A DNA stretch of 64,000 nucleotides from the NCBI GenBank assembly GCA_951406725.2, contig OX597817.1, positions 43,958,001-44,022,000 of the forward strand, given 5' to 3'. The notes below the pieces were generated by a model. It saw only the letters and a program-made list of their open reading frames with translations. It was not told where the DNA came from and ran no database searches. This stretch comes from Octopus vulgaris (Eukaryota). Position numbers and translations under genes: made by a program. Shown one piece after another: positions 25,586 to 38,225 of this stretch (its first letter is position 1; every line of letters begins with the position of its first letter).

Positions 25586-26266
25586 ATAAAAATATATTAC
25601 AGAAATAATAAAAAGAAAAGAAAAGAATTCCAATCCAAACTAGAATCATGGAATCATGAATGCTGACAAAAAATTCTCACCAAAGTTTATATGAGCAATA
25701 TTGATAGGTAGAAACTAGTGTTTCTTGATAAAAGAAAGAACCAACCGAAAACTAGTCTGATACATTGATAACTGAGAGCATGTAAAGTGGAATATGTGTT
25801 TAGATAATGAAATAAATATGACTATAATATATTTTGATGAATGCTATAAAAAGATTTACTTTGTATGTTGTAATGCACATGCATTCACATTATAATCCAT
25901 TTGTGGAAATGTACTAAAATATATCCCAACCTCTTTACATCTGGCACAAAATGATTGCTAATATTATATGCTACTTCTTGTATGACAGACAAGAATCTAA
26001 AGCCACTAGGTACTTCTATAATGCTTGATGAACATTATACATATGCTCAAATCCACATATTTATATAAGTCATAAAAAAAAGAGAAAATGATGCAGTTAG
26101 AGAGACAGTCAGTAAATTACTCTTTAAATGTTAAACCTTAAGTAAATTATCTTTGGAAGATGTAAGAAATCATAGCATACTATCTATAGGTATTGATAGA
26201 AAGCAATAAAATATAAAATGGGTCATGTTGTTTTACAGAGACAATGAAGGATATAAAGCATATAAA

Positions 26267-26311
<45 letters not shown>

Positions 26312-26539
26312 TTAATAATGAATTAGTTGAATAGGTTCTCAACATCAGTGAGATGGATAAATAATACATTTTTAAAAGAATTTTTATATTTCTGGCAGCT
26401 GAGGTTTCCTTCTGATGAACTCAATAGAATTCAGCAATTTGCAACCAGAATTCAAAGCATAAACGACACACCAACATTAATGATGACGAAAGTTTGTGAG
26501 CATGTGTATGTGTTTCCATTTGTGTGTAAATGTACCATT

Positions 26540-26858
26540 CACTTTTATTTGTTTTAGTCATTGGACAGTGGCTATGCCTTGGCTTGAATACTTTTTGTCA
26601 GACAAATCAACATCAGTTGTCAAGTAGTGGTGGGTGTAGAGGAAACTAATATGAACACAAAGACACATGTGCACACAAATATGCACACACACACACACAC
26701 AAACATACATACATACACACACATGATGGATTTCCACTCAGCTTCTGCATACAAAATTCATTCACAAAGCATCAGACACATATCCAAGGAGCTGCACAGT
26801 GAGGCTGAACACAAAACCATATGGTTACAAAGCAAATTTCTTAACCACACAGCCACGT
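26540..26858 (-). mobile_element. Old tRNA-derived SINE (same family as 31520-31930)
   Basis: Minus head 'gtggctgtgtggttaagaaatttgctttgtaaccatatggttttgtgttcag' and internal (CA)n. Confidence 0.65.
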
Positions 26859-26976
26859 CAGTATCCACTACAAGTAGTGTCTGCATCTACACACACACAC
26901 ACAATATATATATATATATGCAATATATATACAATATATACATATATAAATATATGTATATATATATATATATATG

Positions 26977-27012
<36 letters not shown>

Positions 27013-27265
27013 TGTATGTATGTATGTATGTATGTATGTATGTATGTATGTATGTATATATGAAAATAGTGTTGATTGTCAGAAGAAAGAATATTCAATA
27101 CCATAGTAGAGATTAATGGTGCTTTTATTTTGTGATTGAGTCAGTCTCTTGATTCTCTAGAGTTTTACCTGTACATTCAGTGTCATTAGGGAAGTTATGA
27201 CTTATGACTTGCATGATAAACCTAAGAATGCACAGGCAAAACTCCAGAGTAATAAAAGGATAAAG

Positions 27266-27298
<33 letters not shown>

Positions 27299-27484
27299 TA
27301 CATACATACATATTTATAAAGAAACATATGTATATATGCATATATATATGTTTACATACATACATATTTATAAAGAAACATGTATATATGCATATATATA
27401 GAGATAGATAGATAGTTATACATACATTATATATATAGCAGAATATATGATGCAGTTGTAGTATACACACATATATATATATAG

Positions 27485-28202
27485 GTGCATTTATAAATAC
27501 ATTTGAGTGAATAACATTTTTATTCACTCAAATGTTTTGCTCATGTACAAACAACATGCTTTAATGTAAGAATGTTTTTTTGTCGTTTTTAGGTTTTGAC
27601 TGCCATTTTTAGCATGTAAGAAATCCACGCAGTGGTTTTCTCTCCGTGTATGTTTCATACACTATTATATTTAAAAATATCTGTCTTCTGACTCTTATTA
27701 TGCATGCTGGCCACTGGTAAAAATTACCCTTTTATTTATAAAGCTAAATTTTTAAATTCTTCAGCAGGATACTATATGTTTGAATTTATTCACTGCTATA
27801 CTACTCTGGTTTCACATGTTGATTTGAGGGCATTTGAAGTGAATCCTTAATGTATAAACATGGAACTGAATGCGCATGTGTTTACTTTCTATTTTCTGTG
27901 CGTATTGTAGTCTCATATTTATACATTTTAAAGCGACCTTACTGACAAGCTACAGGTGATTAATTAATCAATTAATTATCTTATTAGTTGATTTATTTGG
28001 TCATTAATAGTGAAACTCATGGGTATAAGATTAACTAAAATTTTTATTCACTCAAATGTCTTGCTTGCATACAAACAACATAATTAAATGTAGGAATGCT
28101 TTTCCTTGTTTTAGGCTTTGACCGCCATTTTTAGCATGTCAGAAATCCACATGGTGGTTTTCTCTCCATGAATGTTTCATACACTATCATATTTAAAAAT
28201 AT
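27485..28202. mobile_element. Non-coding element with about 165-bp terminal direct repeats and a short terminal fold-back, in TA context
   Basis: Direct repeats 27516-27680 and 28040-28202; 16-bp inverted copy of the repeat start at 27499-27514. Confidence 0.7.
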
Positions 28203-28229
28203 ATATAGATACACATATATTAGATATGT

Positions 28230-28915
28230 GTAGCTATGTAGATGATACAAAAGTTTTTCAGGGGCTAGAGAATCCTGGAAATATTGTGCACCTGCTATAG
28301 GAACTGGACAAAATATATGGGTGGGCTGAAGGCATTAATATGCAGTTTAGCACTGGAAAATTCCAAACCCTGTGCTACCAAAACACAAAGCTGAGTGAAG
28401 TGCAGACAGGATTGTAACCCCTGAATCAAAATCAATGCATGACCTAGGCATTGACATAAATAATGAAACATCTTTCCTGGTGCATATTACTAATTTGACA
28501 ATAAAATGCAGACAGCTGGCCAAGTTAATCTTTTGAACTTTCAGAACAAGAGAACAGGAAAACATGATGCTCCTTGGGAGACATATGTCCTCAGCTTCTT
28601 AGACTACTGCTCCCAACTATGGTCACCACACAGTCTAAAATTAACTTGAAGCAATCCATTGAAACTACACAAAGAAGATTGTCTCATTGAAATGTGTCAG
28701 CGAATGAGAAAGACTGAAAAGGTTCAGAATCTACTCCCAAGAATGTACACAGGAAAGATATGCAGCGACATACATCTGGAAAATCCTGGAAGAACTTGCA
28801 TCAACCTTTGGTATTGAAGGTTGTATAAAAACCATCATGGGCTTCCACTGCATAGTGCCAAAGACCTCAACATGCCACCAAGATATAAGACCAGATACTC
28901 TGCAATACCTTGGGT
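28230..28915 (+). mobile_element. CR1/L2-group LINE fragment (RT C-terminal part)
   Basis: 'SYVDDTK'-like motif at about 28232; 'ttagactactgctcccaactatggtcacca' (LDYCSQLWSP); homologous to 29575-30975. Confidence 0.8.
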
Positions 28916-28918
28916 ATG

Positions 28919-28959
<41 letters not shown>

Positions 28960-28963
<4 letters not shown>

Positions 28964-29515
28964 CAGGTCACTTTCAAGTGCTACTGGTAACATGTAACCC
29001 AGTACAACCTGTTGCATGGTCGGGTTGACGGCGACTAAACCGGCAACCCCACCAAGCTTGCTTGGTGAGGAGGGTGTTTATTGGACACCCTGCGGGATGA
29101 AAAACAAAACCCGTCAAAGGGCGGAGGAACTCTTGAGAGTCAAGGGCCATCCAATAAATGTCTTAAGGCTGTATCATGCGTGGGGATATAGAAATAATCG
29201 GACTGAATACCTGATCGCACGGTTAAACCATTGGGAGTGAAGGACTCTTAGCCTTTGTTAGGGCATCCTTCTAGGAGAAGGTAACTCAGGTAACTGGGAT
29301 AACTCCGACATAAAACCTGCAGCTCAGTGGTTACTGACGATGTTGACCTGTTCTTCTTTTCGGATTATGGCTGCTGTTGCTTAGTGAGTGGGATTGATTC
29401 AGTGCACAGCCTTTCCTCACTTTAAAAAAAATCTTCTTGCACAGACATTGCATGATAACAACATTGATGAAGCTTCGTGCAATGGCCATACTCAATAACG
29501 AGGGGGCAGCCACCA
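28960..29515 (+). mobile_element. CpG-rich non-coding repeat, possibly derived from an RTE-type 5' UTR, inserted in (TA)n
   Basis: Second copy at 920-1100; 'gggcatccttctaggagaaggtaactc' resembles motifs recalled from RTE/Expander 5' regions. Confidence 0.5.
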
Positions 29516-29574
29516 TATATATATATACATACATACATACACACATATACATAGATATATATATATATATATGT

Positions 29575-30978
29575 TACCGAGAGCCTCTCCCAATATGTGG
29601 AACTTGGTGAAGAATGGAATTTGATGTAGCTACCCTCATTTGCATCTCTTCCCTTGATGTAGGTTCATCTGGGACTCTCGACAGGAAGAGGTCCAGCTTT
29701 GATTTAAAAACGCCTACATCTACTTTGTGCAGGTTCCTAAGGCTCTTTGGGAGAATATGAAAAAGCTGTGGGCTCGTGAGACCCAGGGTATTGCAGTAAC
29801 TGGTCCTGAAATGCGATGGTGTTGCTGGGATCTTTGGCACTATTCAGTGTTGTCCCGTTCTGGCATTGGTGAAGCTTTCAATGCCAAAATTTGGCACAAT
29901 TCCTTCCAGGATCTTGCAGATATATTTTACTGCATACCTCTCCTGCCTTCTCTCCAGGGAGTAGAGTCTTAGCTGTTTCAGCCTTTCCCAGTAGCTGAGC
30001 AGTTGCAAAGAGATGAACTTTGTGAATCTTCTCTCAATTGCTTCAAGGTCCACTGTTAATTTCACACTGGTGGATGACCATAGCTATGATCAGTAATCAA
30101 GGCGGCTGAGGACGAATGTCCTCCAGAAGACCATCATGGTTTCCTTATCTCTGGTTCTGAATGTTCTCAGGATCCATCCAGCCAGTCGTTTGCACTTTGT
30201 TGCAATCCTGGTAATGAGAACTTGGAAAGAGGTATCATCACTCATGTCAATACCCAAGTCCCTCACTGTTTTAGGCTCTGGGATTGTAATTCCCTGTGGA
30301 CCAGTGTACTCTGTAAGATTCATATTCAGTTTTTGGACGCTGGTAGTGCAGGGCTTGGAATTTTTCAGCATTAAACTAAATATTATTATCCTCAACCCAT
30401 CAGTAAATTGAGTCCAACTCCTGCTGCAGATGTGCAACATCGCTGGTGGTCTATATTTTCTGTGAAACTTTCATATCGTCCGCATAGCTTGCAAGGGTGG
30501 ATATCCGGGCAGTTGAAGGCATATCTGAGAGGGCCACTACAAAAAGCAGTGGTCCCAAGACAGTGCCCTGTGGAATACTGCTCACTATTTTTGATTTCAT
30601 AGAGGTGGCTCCATTATCTACTACTGCCTGACTTCTATCTTTCAAAAAGTAACGTAACCCCCCATCCAAGTTTTCCAGCTATGCCGAGATCATGCAGTTT
30701 GTGACATATCATGCCATTATACACCTTGTCAAAAGCTTTTACAAAATCAATGTATATTACGTCCACATTTGAGTTGTTGAGTAACTGCCTCAACACCCAG
30801 TCATAATGATGTAAGAGCTGGGGCAGGCAGCTACTACCTGCTTGAAAGCCAATCTGGGTATCACTAAGCAAATTATTTTCTTCAAGGTATAGGATTTGTT
30901 TCCCTCTGATTATATGTTCCATGACTTTGCTGATGTGTGAAGTCAGAGAGATAGGCCTCTAGGTTTGGGTATCTGCCA
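29575..30978 (-). mobile_element. CR1/L2-group LINE, decayed RT domain to 3' end
   Basis: 'VDVIYIDFVKAFDKV', 'IPQGTVLGPLLF', 'YADD', 'AGWILRTFRTRD', 'YWERLKQLRLYSLERR'. Confidence 0.92.
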
Positions 30979-31009
30979 AAGTATATATAAGTATAGATAT
31001 ATATGAATA

Positions 31010-31058
<49 letters not shown>

Positions 31059-31118
31059 ATAAATATATATATAATTTTATATATACATATATAAATAAAT
31101 ATATAATTTTATATACAC

Positions 31119-31167
<49 letters not shown>

Positions 31168-31168
<1 letters not shown>

Positions 31169-31460
31169 CATCATCATTATCATTTAACGTCTGTGTTCCA
31201 TGCTAGCATGGGTGGGACAGTACCACAAAGGCCGGCCAGGCCGTAACCTGCACCAGACTTCTGTGACTGTCTTGGCAAGTTTTTGGCAAGTAGATGCCCT
31301 TCCTAACACCAACCACTCAACAGAGTGGACTTTTTATGTGGCACAAGCAGAGGCAAGGTGAATAGTGCTTTTTACATGGCACAAGCATAGATTTGACAAG
31401 GTTTTTACAGCTGGATGACCTTCCGAATGTCAACCACTTTACAGTGTGAATGATGATGAT
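31168..31460 (-). mobile_element. RTE-tail SINE / 3' fragment
   Basis: (CAT)n followed by 'tttaacgtctgtgttccatgctagcatggg...gatgcccttcctaacaccaaccactc'. Confidence 0.7.
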
Positions 31461-31519
31461 ATATATATATACATTTATATATATATATTGTTATATATAT
31501 ATATATATATATATATATA

Positions 31520-31930
31520 CTCTTTACTCTTTTACTTGTTTCAGTCATTTGACTGCAGCCATGCTGGAGCACCGCCTTTAATTGAGCAACTCGACCCCGG
31601 GACTTATTCTTTTGTGAGCCCAGTACTTATTCTATCGGTCTCTTTTGCTGAACCGCTAAGTAATGGGGACATAAACATACCAGCATCGGTTGTCAAGCAA
31701 TGCTAGGGAGACAAACACAGACACACAAACACACACACGCATATATATATATATATATACATATATACGATGGGCTTCTTTCAGTTTCCGTCTATCAAAT
31801 CCACTCACAAGGCTTTGGTCGGTCTGAGGCTATAGCAGAAGACACTTGTCCAAGGTGCCACGCAGTGGGACTGAACCCGGAACCATGTGGTTGGTAAACA
31901 AGCTACTTACCACACAGCTACTCCTGTGCC
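31520..31930 (-). mobile_element. tRNA-derived SINE, near full length
   Basis: Minus head 'ggcacaggagtagctgtgtggtaagtagcttg...ccgggttcagtccc', internal microsatellite, tail 'gaaacaagtaaaagagtaaagag'. Confidence 0.85.
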
Positions 31931-32065
31931 TATATATATATATGTATATAAGGACACAGGGAAAAATGTGTCAAAGCCATCAGGAGGCGTCGATGCTTCT
32001 TAGGGCTATACAGCGGTGGTGTACCCCCCTACTGTCACGTTCGTGTTAGATTGACAGTATACAAC

Positions 32066-32106
<41 letters not shown>

Positions 32107-32221
32107 ATAGAAGGAGCTTCTATAAAATAAATTAATTTACTCTGCTATGTATTGAGTACCTTATTTACTGTGGTTAACCCCGACTCAACCCGGGACCTAC
32201 ATATATATATATATATATATA

Positions 32222-32471
32222 TCTTTTGGTAAAACGGTAAGATAACAAATGAATGAAAGAGACCTCGATATTATGTAAATAGAGGAATTTATCTGTAAAT
32301 GTAATATGTGACAATTATTCGGTAGCCAAGATAAAACTCTGAGTTTCAGATGCCGAGGATTGTTCCGATGGCGGGATAACTGAAGAGATAGTGGTGTGGA
32401 TTTCCACCTCGGCATCCGAAACTCAGAGTTTTATCTTGGCTACCAAATAATTGTCACATATTACATTTACA
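32222..32471. mobile_element. Fold-back element D with complete type I hammerhead on the plus strand
   Basis: Arms about 32294-32358 / 32407-32471, tail 32222-32293; same family as 34423-34700. Confidence 0.85.
32375..32435 (+). ncRNA. Minimal type I hammerhead ribozyme motif
   Basis: Stem I GATAA/TTATC; core CTGAAGA (32380-32386); stem II enclosing GTGG-attt-CCAC; CGAAA; near-palindromic stem III AACTC-A-GAGTT; GUU cleavage triplet. Confidence 0.75.
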
Positions 32472-32487
32472 TACATATATATATATA

Positions 32488-32527
<40 letters not shown>

Positions 32528-32564
32528 CTTGACTGTATATATATATTTATACATATGTACTTGA

Positions 32565-32860
32565 GCGTGATCGATGTCAGTGCCGCGTAACTGGCTCCCA
32601 TGCTGGTGTCATGTAAAAAAGACCATTCAAGCATGGTTGATGCTAGTACTGCTTTACTGACCCATGAGCCAGTGGCACATAAAAAGCACCCATGACACTC
32701 TTCGAGAGGTTGGCTTTAGGAAGGGCGTCCAAGTACAGAAACTTTGCTAAATCAGATTGGATCCTAGTGCAGCCTTCTGGAATGCCAGCCCCCAGTGAAA
32801 CCGTCCAACCTATTGCAGCATGGAAAGCAGATGTTAAACGGTGATGATGATGATGATGAT
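32565..32860 (+). mobile_element. RTE 3' UTR fragment with (GAT)n tail
   Basis: Homologous to about 13330-13683. Confidence 0.8.
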
Positions 32861-32919
32861 AGCTGTATGCATACATACACACACACACACACACACACTC
32901 ATACAGACACATACATAAT

Positions 32920-33430
32920 TTCTTGTTTCTTTATTGCCTACAAGGGGTTAAACATAGAGGGGACAAACAAGGACAGACAGAGGAATTAAGTCAATTACAT
33001 CGACTCCAGTGCGGAACTGGTACTTAATTTATTGACCCCGAAAGGATGAAAGGCAAAGTTGACCTTGGGGTGCTAACATTTCTGCCAGCTCACCACCTTA
33101 CATAATTTTTGTAACTGGCACTCTATCAGTTAAGACGATGAGGGTTCCAGTTGATCCAATGAATGGAACAGCCTGCTTGTAAAATTAGTGTACAAGTGTC
33201 TGAGCATTCCACAGACACATGTACCTTATCATAGTTCTCCGGGAGATTGAGCATGACCCAATGTGACAAGGCTGTGAATTATAGGTACAACTCATTTTTG
33301 CCAGCTGAGTCAATTGGATCAATGTGAAATAAAGTATCTTGCACAAGGACAAAATGTGTCAACAGGAGTTAAACTCATGACTTTATGATCTTGCGCTAAA
33401 TACCCTAACCACTTAGCAATATGCATTCAC
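32920..33430 (-). mobile_element. Two adjacent SINE copies
   Basis: 32920-33100 matches 14960-15170; 33115-33430 matches 1927-2255. Confidence 0.75.
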
Positions 33431-34255
33431 TATACATATATGTATGTACTATTATCATCATCATCATCTTTTTATGTCCATATTTCATGTTGGCGTGTGT
33501 TGGACATTCTGACAGGATTTAACGTGTCTCAAGACTGCCTCATACTCCTATGTCTGCATTGCTGCAATTTCTGCTGCTAGATACCCTTCTTACTGCCAAC
33601 TATGTTACAGTGTGTACTGGCTTTGTTTTTCAATACACAAATGCTAGTGATGTTGCCATGCAGCATGTAAGACTAAAATCTCTTCAAATGTGTTGGCCTA
33701 CAGTCAAGATAGGGGAAAGGTGGTCTAATGTTAGGGGGATGAGGAGTTAAAGTGTGAGATATAGCAGAACAGACTTGATTTATAGCTGTATAGGACCTGC
33801 AGTTCTACTTAGATTACAAAAGTAAAGGTGGGATTGGCTGTGATGGAGATAAAAACAGTGGATGTGAATGGGTGCAGGAGAAGGGGAAGCATGAGCTAGT
33901 AGAGATTATAACTGTGTAAGGGACAGTGAGAGATGGTCAGAGATAAAAAAGTGTAAGAGGTAGAATATAATGGACAAGTATTGAAGATGATAAATAGTGA
34001 AGGTAGGGAAGAGGGAAGATAAGGTGATAGGTGTAGAAATTAGGTAGGGTTCACAGATGAGACTGGGGAGTGATGAAGTAGGTGGGATTAAGTGCAATAG
34101 GTAGGCATACTGAATGGAAGAATCTGGGATATATGGTAATATAAGAGAGATAATTTGTTGGCTCAGAAAGATGAGCAATGTAAAACTGGGTGAAGACAGG
34201 ACAGTGTGTGTATACAAATGCACACACACTATATGTATATATATATATATGTACG

Positions 34256-34342
<87 letters not shown>

Positions 34343-34351
34343 GTATGTATG

Positions 34352-34390
<39 letters not shown>

Positions 34391-34395
34391 GTCGT

Positions 34396-34422
<27 letters not shown>

Positions 34423-34426
<4 letters not shown>

Positions 34427-34700
34427 ATAAAAATGGTAAGATAAAAGAATGAAAGAGACCTCGATATTATGTAAATAGAGGAATTTATCTGTAAACGTAA
34501 TATGTGACAGTTATTCGGTAGCCCTGATAAAACTCTGAGTTTCGGACGCCGAGGTGGAAATCCACGCCGCCATCTCTTCAGTTATTCAGCCATCCAGCCG
34601 GATAACTGAAAAGATGGCAGTGTGGATTTCCACCTCGGCATCTGAAACTCAGAGTTTTATCATGCTATTGAATAATTGTAACATATTACGTTTACAGATA
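34423..34700. mobile_element. Fold-back element E (family of D), hammerhead in both arms
   Basis: Arms about 34486-34586 / 34601-34700; minus copy 34526-34586 has intact CTGAAGA...CGAAA...GTT; plus copy core mutated to CTGAAAA; tail 34423-34485; flanked by (TA)n. Confidence 0.85.
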
Positions 34701-34736
34701 TATACATACATATATATATATATATAGTTATATATG

Positions 34737-34779
<43 letters not shown>

Positions 34780-35146
34780 ATATATATGTATCTATACATA
34801 CATACAAATACATATATACACACATATATTTACATACACACATATAAACACACATACACACACACATATCCATCCATCTATCCGTTTTCACTGCTCAGTA
34901 TACCTGGAAGGGTCACAGAGGTTATGTCCTCTGGCATATCCTGCACTGAGTCTTATCAGTGGCAACCATTATTACACTTTCCTGATGGATTCCCAAGCAT
35001 AACCAACTGAAACAATGAATATTATTCAACCATTTTATTTCTGGTCTATTCTTTATTTTCCCTGCTGGTTGACTCAGCTTAAAGAATCGATCTTGCACTC
35101 CTTTACTCCAGCATGCTAGCCATATATCTATACATACATACATACA

Positions 35147-35180
<34 letters not shown>

Positions 35181-35343
35181 AATATATACATAAATGTATG
35201 TATATATGTATACATGCATGTATATATGTATACATTTATGTACATGCCTATAAATATTTATGCATATATAAACATACACATACATATACATGTATAATAT
35301 ATATGCTTATATATGCATATGTATGTATGTGTGTATATATACA

Positions 35344-35423
<80 letters not shown>

Positions 35424-35852
35424 TACACATGCATAAAAACACACACACACAAAATATAATTTGGACCAAAACTGGTGGAAACCAAAATCATATATTCTTT
35501 GCTTGGCCACTTTGGTTGAAGCTATGCAAATAAAACATAACATGGTGAACAATATTATTTTCCAAATTGGTGAACACAACTTTCAAGATTGATATGGAAA
35601 AAAGTTTGGTGAATCTCCAGAAGTTATCAGATATATGTATATATAAATGAATAGTGTATAAGATGAGGATTCAAAGAATTTCATGGCTATCATAGAGAAC
35701 TTCTCTTACAAACTCAGCTACCAGACCACAAGTAATCAATGACAAATGACAAATGTAATGTAGAGCGTCCATGTAACTGAAAATCCAGAAGATTATTTGA
35801 TGAGCCATATATAAAAACCATAAAGTCAGGTGGTGTGAGATGTGAATACATA

Positions 35853-36977
35853 TTGGGTTGGCAACTAAGTTCCCACCGTCTTTTTATAATTTTGGAATTT
35901 GTTGCGTTTTTAAATTTTGGAATCTATTTTGTTTTTTTTCTAGTTAAAATGGAATGTCAGGTTAAGAAAAACAAGTATTTTCGACACCTCCTTTTTTTTT
36001 GCTTTTAATCAAGGTTCTATGGCTGCAAAAGCTGCTCATGACATTTGTGCTGTGTATGGAGAGGGTCCAATAGCTGAAAGAACCACTCATGATTGGTATG
36101 CCAATTTAAAAAATGGAAATTTTGACCTCAAAGACGTACCTCATTCTGGCCGTCCAGTTGAGTCCTGTGAAGAGTGATTAAACCAACTTTTGCACAAAAA
36201 TTCTCATCAAACGACAAGGGAACTGGCAGAGAAAATGGAATGCTTCCGCATTGCTATAGAGAAGCATTTTCACTCAATGGGAAAGTTTCAGAAGCATGGA
36301 ACATGGGTTTCACATGCTTTAAGTGACAACAACAAAAATCAATGAGCCACAATCTCCACTGGTTTGCTTGCTCGTCACTGCTCAACTCATGGACACAAGC
36401 AACGATTTCTTTACCAAATCATTACTGGCGATGATAAATGATACCTGTACATCAATATGAAGCAGCATAAGGAATGGCTTAGCCCCGGTAAACAAGCAAC
36501 ACTGCATGTGAAATGGGACTGGGAAGGGATTATCCATTATGAATTGCTTGAACGGAACCAAAAGGTCAGAACGACTCATGAGAAAAGACCTAATCGGCAG
36601 CATGGAGTTCTTCTGCTATACAAAAATGCCTGCCCTCATATCGCCAATATGACCAAGGAAGCTATTCAAATGCATGGCTGGGAAGTGCTGCCACACCCGC
36701 TTTACTCTCCTGATTTGGCACCAATGGATTTCCACCTCTTTCGATCTTTTTCAAATGCTATGCAGAGTGTTTCATTCAATACTGATGCTTGGTTGGATCA
36801 ATTTTTCAAGTTGAAATTGGGGTGATTTCTACCAAGGAGGTATTGAAAATCTTGTTGAACGTTGGGAAGAAGTTGTATACAACAAGGGTGAATACATTAT
36901 TGATTAATTAGTTGTTATCTTTTATTAAATCTTAAAAAAAATTTTTTTAAATGGTGGGAACTTAGTTGCCAACCCAA
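35853..36977 (+). mobile_element. Mariner transposon fossil (mellifera-subfamily-like), internally deleted
   Basis: Perfect 25-bp TIR 'ttgggttggcaactaagttcccacc' with TA TSDs; ATG at 35949, 'DLKDVPHSGRP', 'WVSH', 'ITGDDK', 'YSPDLAPMDFHLF'. Confidence 0.95.
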
Positions 36978-36980
36978 TAT

Positions 36981-37295
36981 TTGCTTCACCACATGACTTC
37001 TGTAGGATTATGGTCATATTGCAACCTTCTTCTTGAAGTATTAATTTCAGTATGGAAGAAATTATGTGTGTTTGTTTAGAGTTGAATTGTTGGTGTGACC
37101 ATGATGTGATGAGCTGATGAGCTAACTTTCTTTCTTTGTATGACTTTTTGAAAATACAACTGTATTGCATAATACTGAGTGTACATATTAATGCAAACAT
37201 GTACACATAATTTCTTCCATACTGAAATGAAAACTACATGAAGAATGTTGTGAAACAGTCATAATCCTATGTAAGTCACGTGATTAACTAAATAC
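36981..37295. mobile_element. Old MITE-like element with imperfect inverted repeats of about 90 bp
   Basis: 'atttcagtatggaagaaattatgtgt' versus 'acacataatttcttccatactgaaat', with flanking degenerate complementarity. Confidence 0.6.
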
Positions 37296-37309
37296 ATATT
37301 TACCTCTCA

Positions 37310-38225
37310 TACCTCCTGAACTTCAGCCACCATCGTCAGCTATGCTCACGATACAAAATTATCACAAGTGATGAAGAATCTTGCTAACATCCTAAAACTG
37401 CAGAAAGACCCCAATGCAATGTACAAATGGGCTAATGAAAATAACATGCTGCTCAATACTGAGAAGTTTCAAGTACTCCACTATTGTCCCCCCAAAATTA
37501 CTACAATCAGAATACATAGTACCAGGGGGTATTGCAATCCCAGAGTCAGATTTAGTGTGTGACCTGAGAATCCACATAAGTAATGATGCAACATTTTATG
37601 TGCATATTATCAAAATGGCAACATAGTGCAGGTGAGTAGCTGTATGGGGTCTAGGGTTGTTCAGAACCAAGAAGAAGGATACCGTGCTACTCCTATGGAG
37701 AACTTCTCAGTCATCTGAATTACTGCTCCCAACTCTAGTTACTGCAGAGTGTCAAAGTGGTGGCAGAACTTGAGACAATTCAGCACCACTACACAAAGAA
37801 GATCGACTCAGTGCAATAGAAGAGCTACTGGAAGAGGCTAAAGGAACTGAAGCTCTGTTCCCTAGAGAGAAGGCATGAAAAATATGTAGTGATATACATA
37901 TGGAAGATTCGGGAAGGTCTAGCTCCTAACTTTAAAATAGAAAGCTATATCAACCACTGAACTGGACAGCACTGTATAATACCAAAGACCCTGTCTTTTT
38001 CATCTTGGATAAGGACCCAGTTTTGCAACAGCTTAGGTTTCAAGGGCTCACATCTACTCAGAATTCAGCTAAATAAACTCAGAGATTCACAAGGTGTAGA
38101 TGTAGAGGTCTTCAAAGAATGTCTTGACAATTTTTTCTCTGAAATACTAGATGATCTCACATCGCAGCAGGAGGCACAAAGAAAAGCAACTCTATCCAAC
38201 TTGCTACTTCATCAGAAACAATAAA
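37310..38225 (+). mobile_element. CR1/L2-group LINE 3' fragment
   Basis: 'YKWANENNMLLNTEKFQVL', 'SYWKRLKELKLCSLERR'; homologous to 6130-6690 and 29575-30500. Confidence 0.88.
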
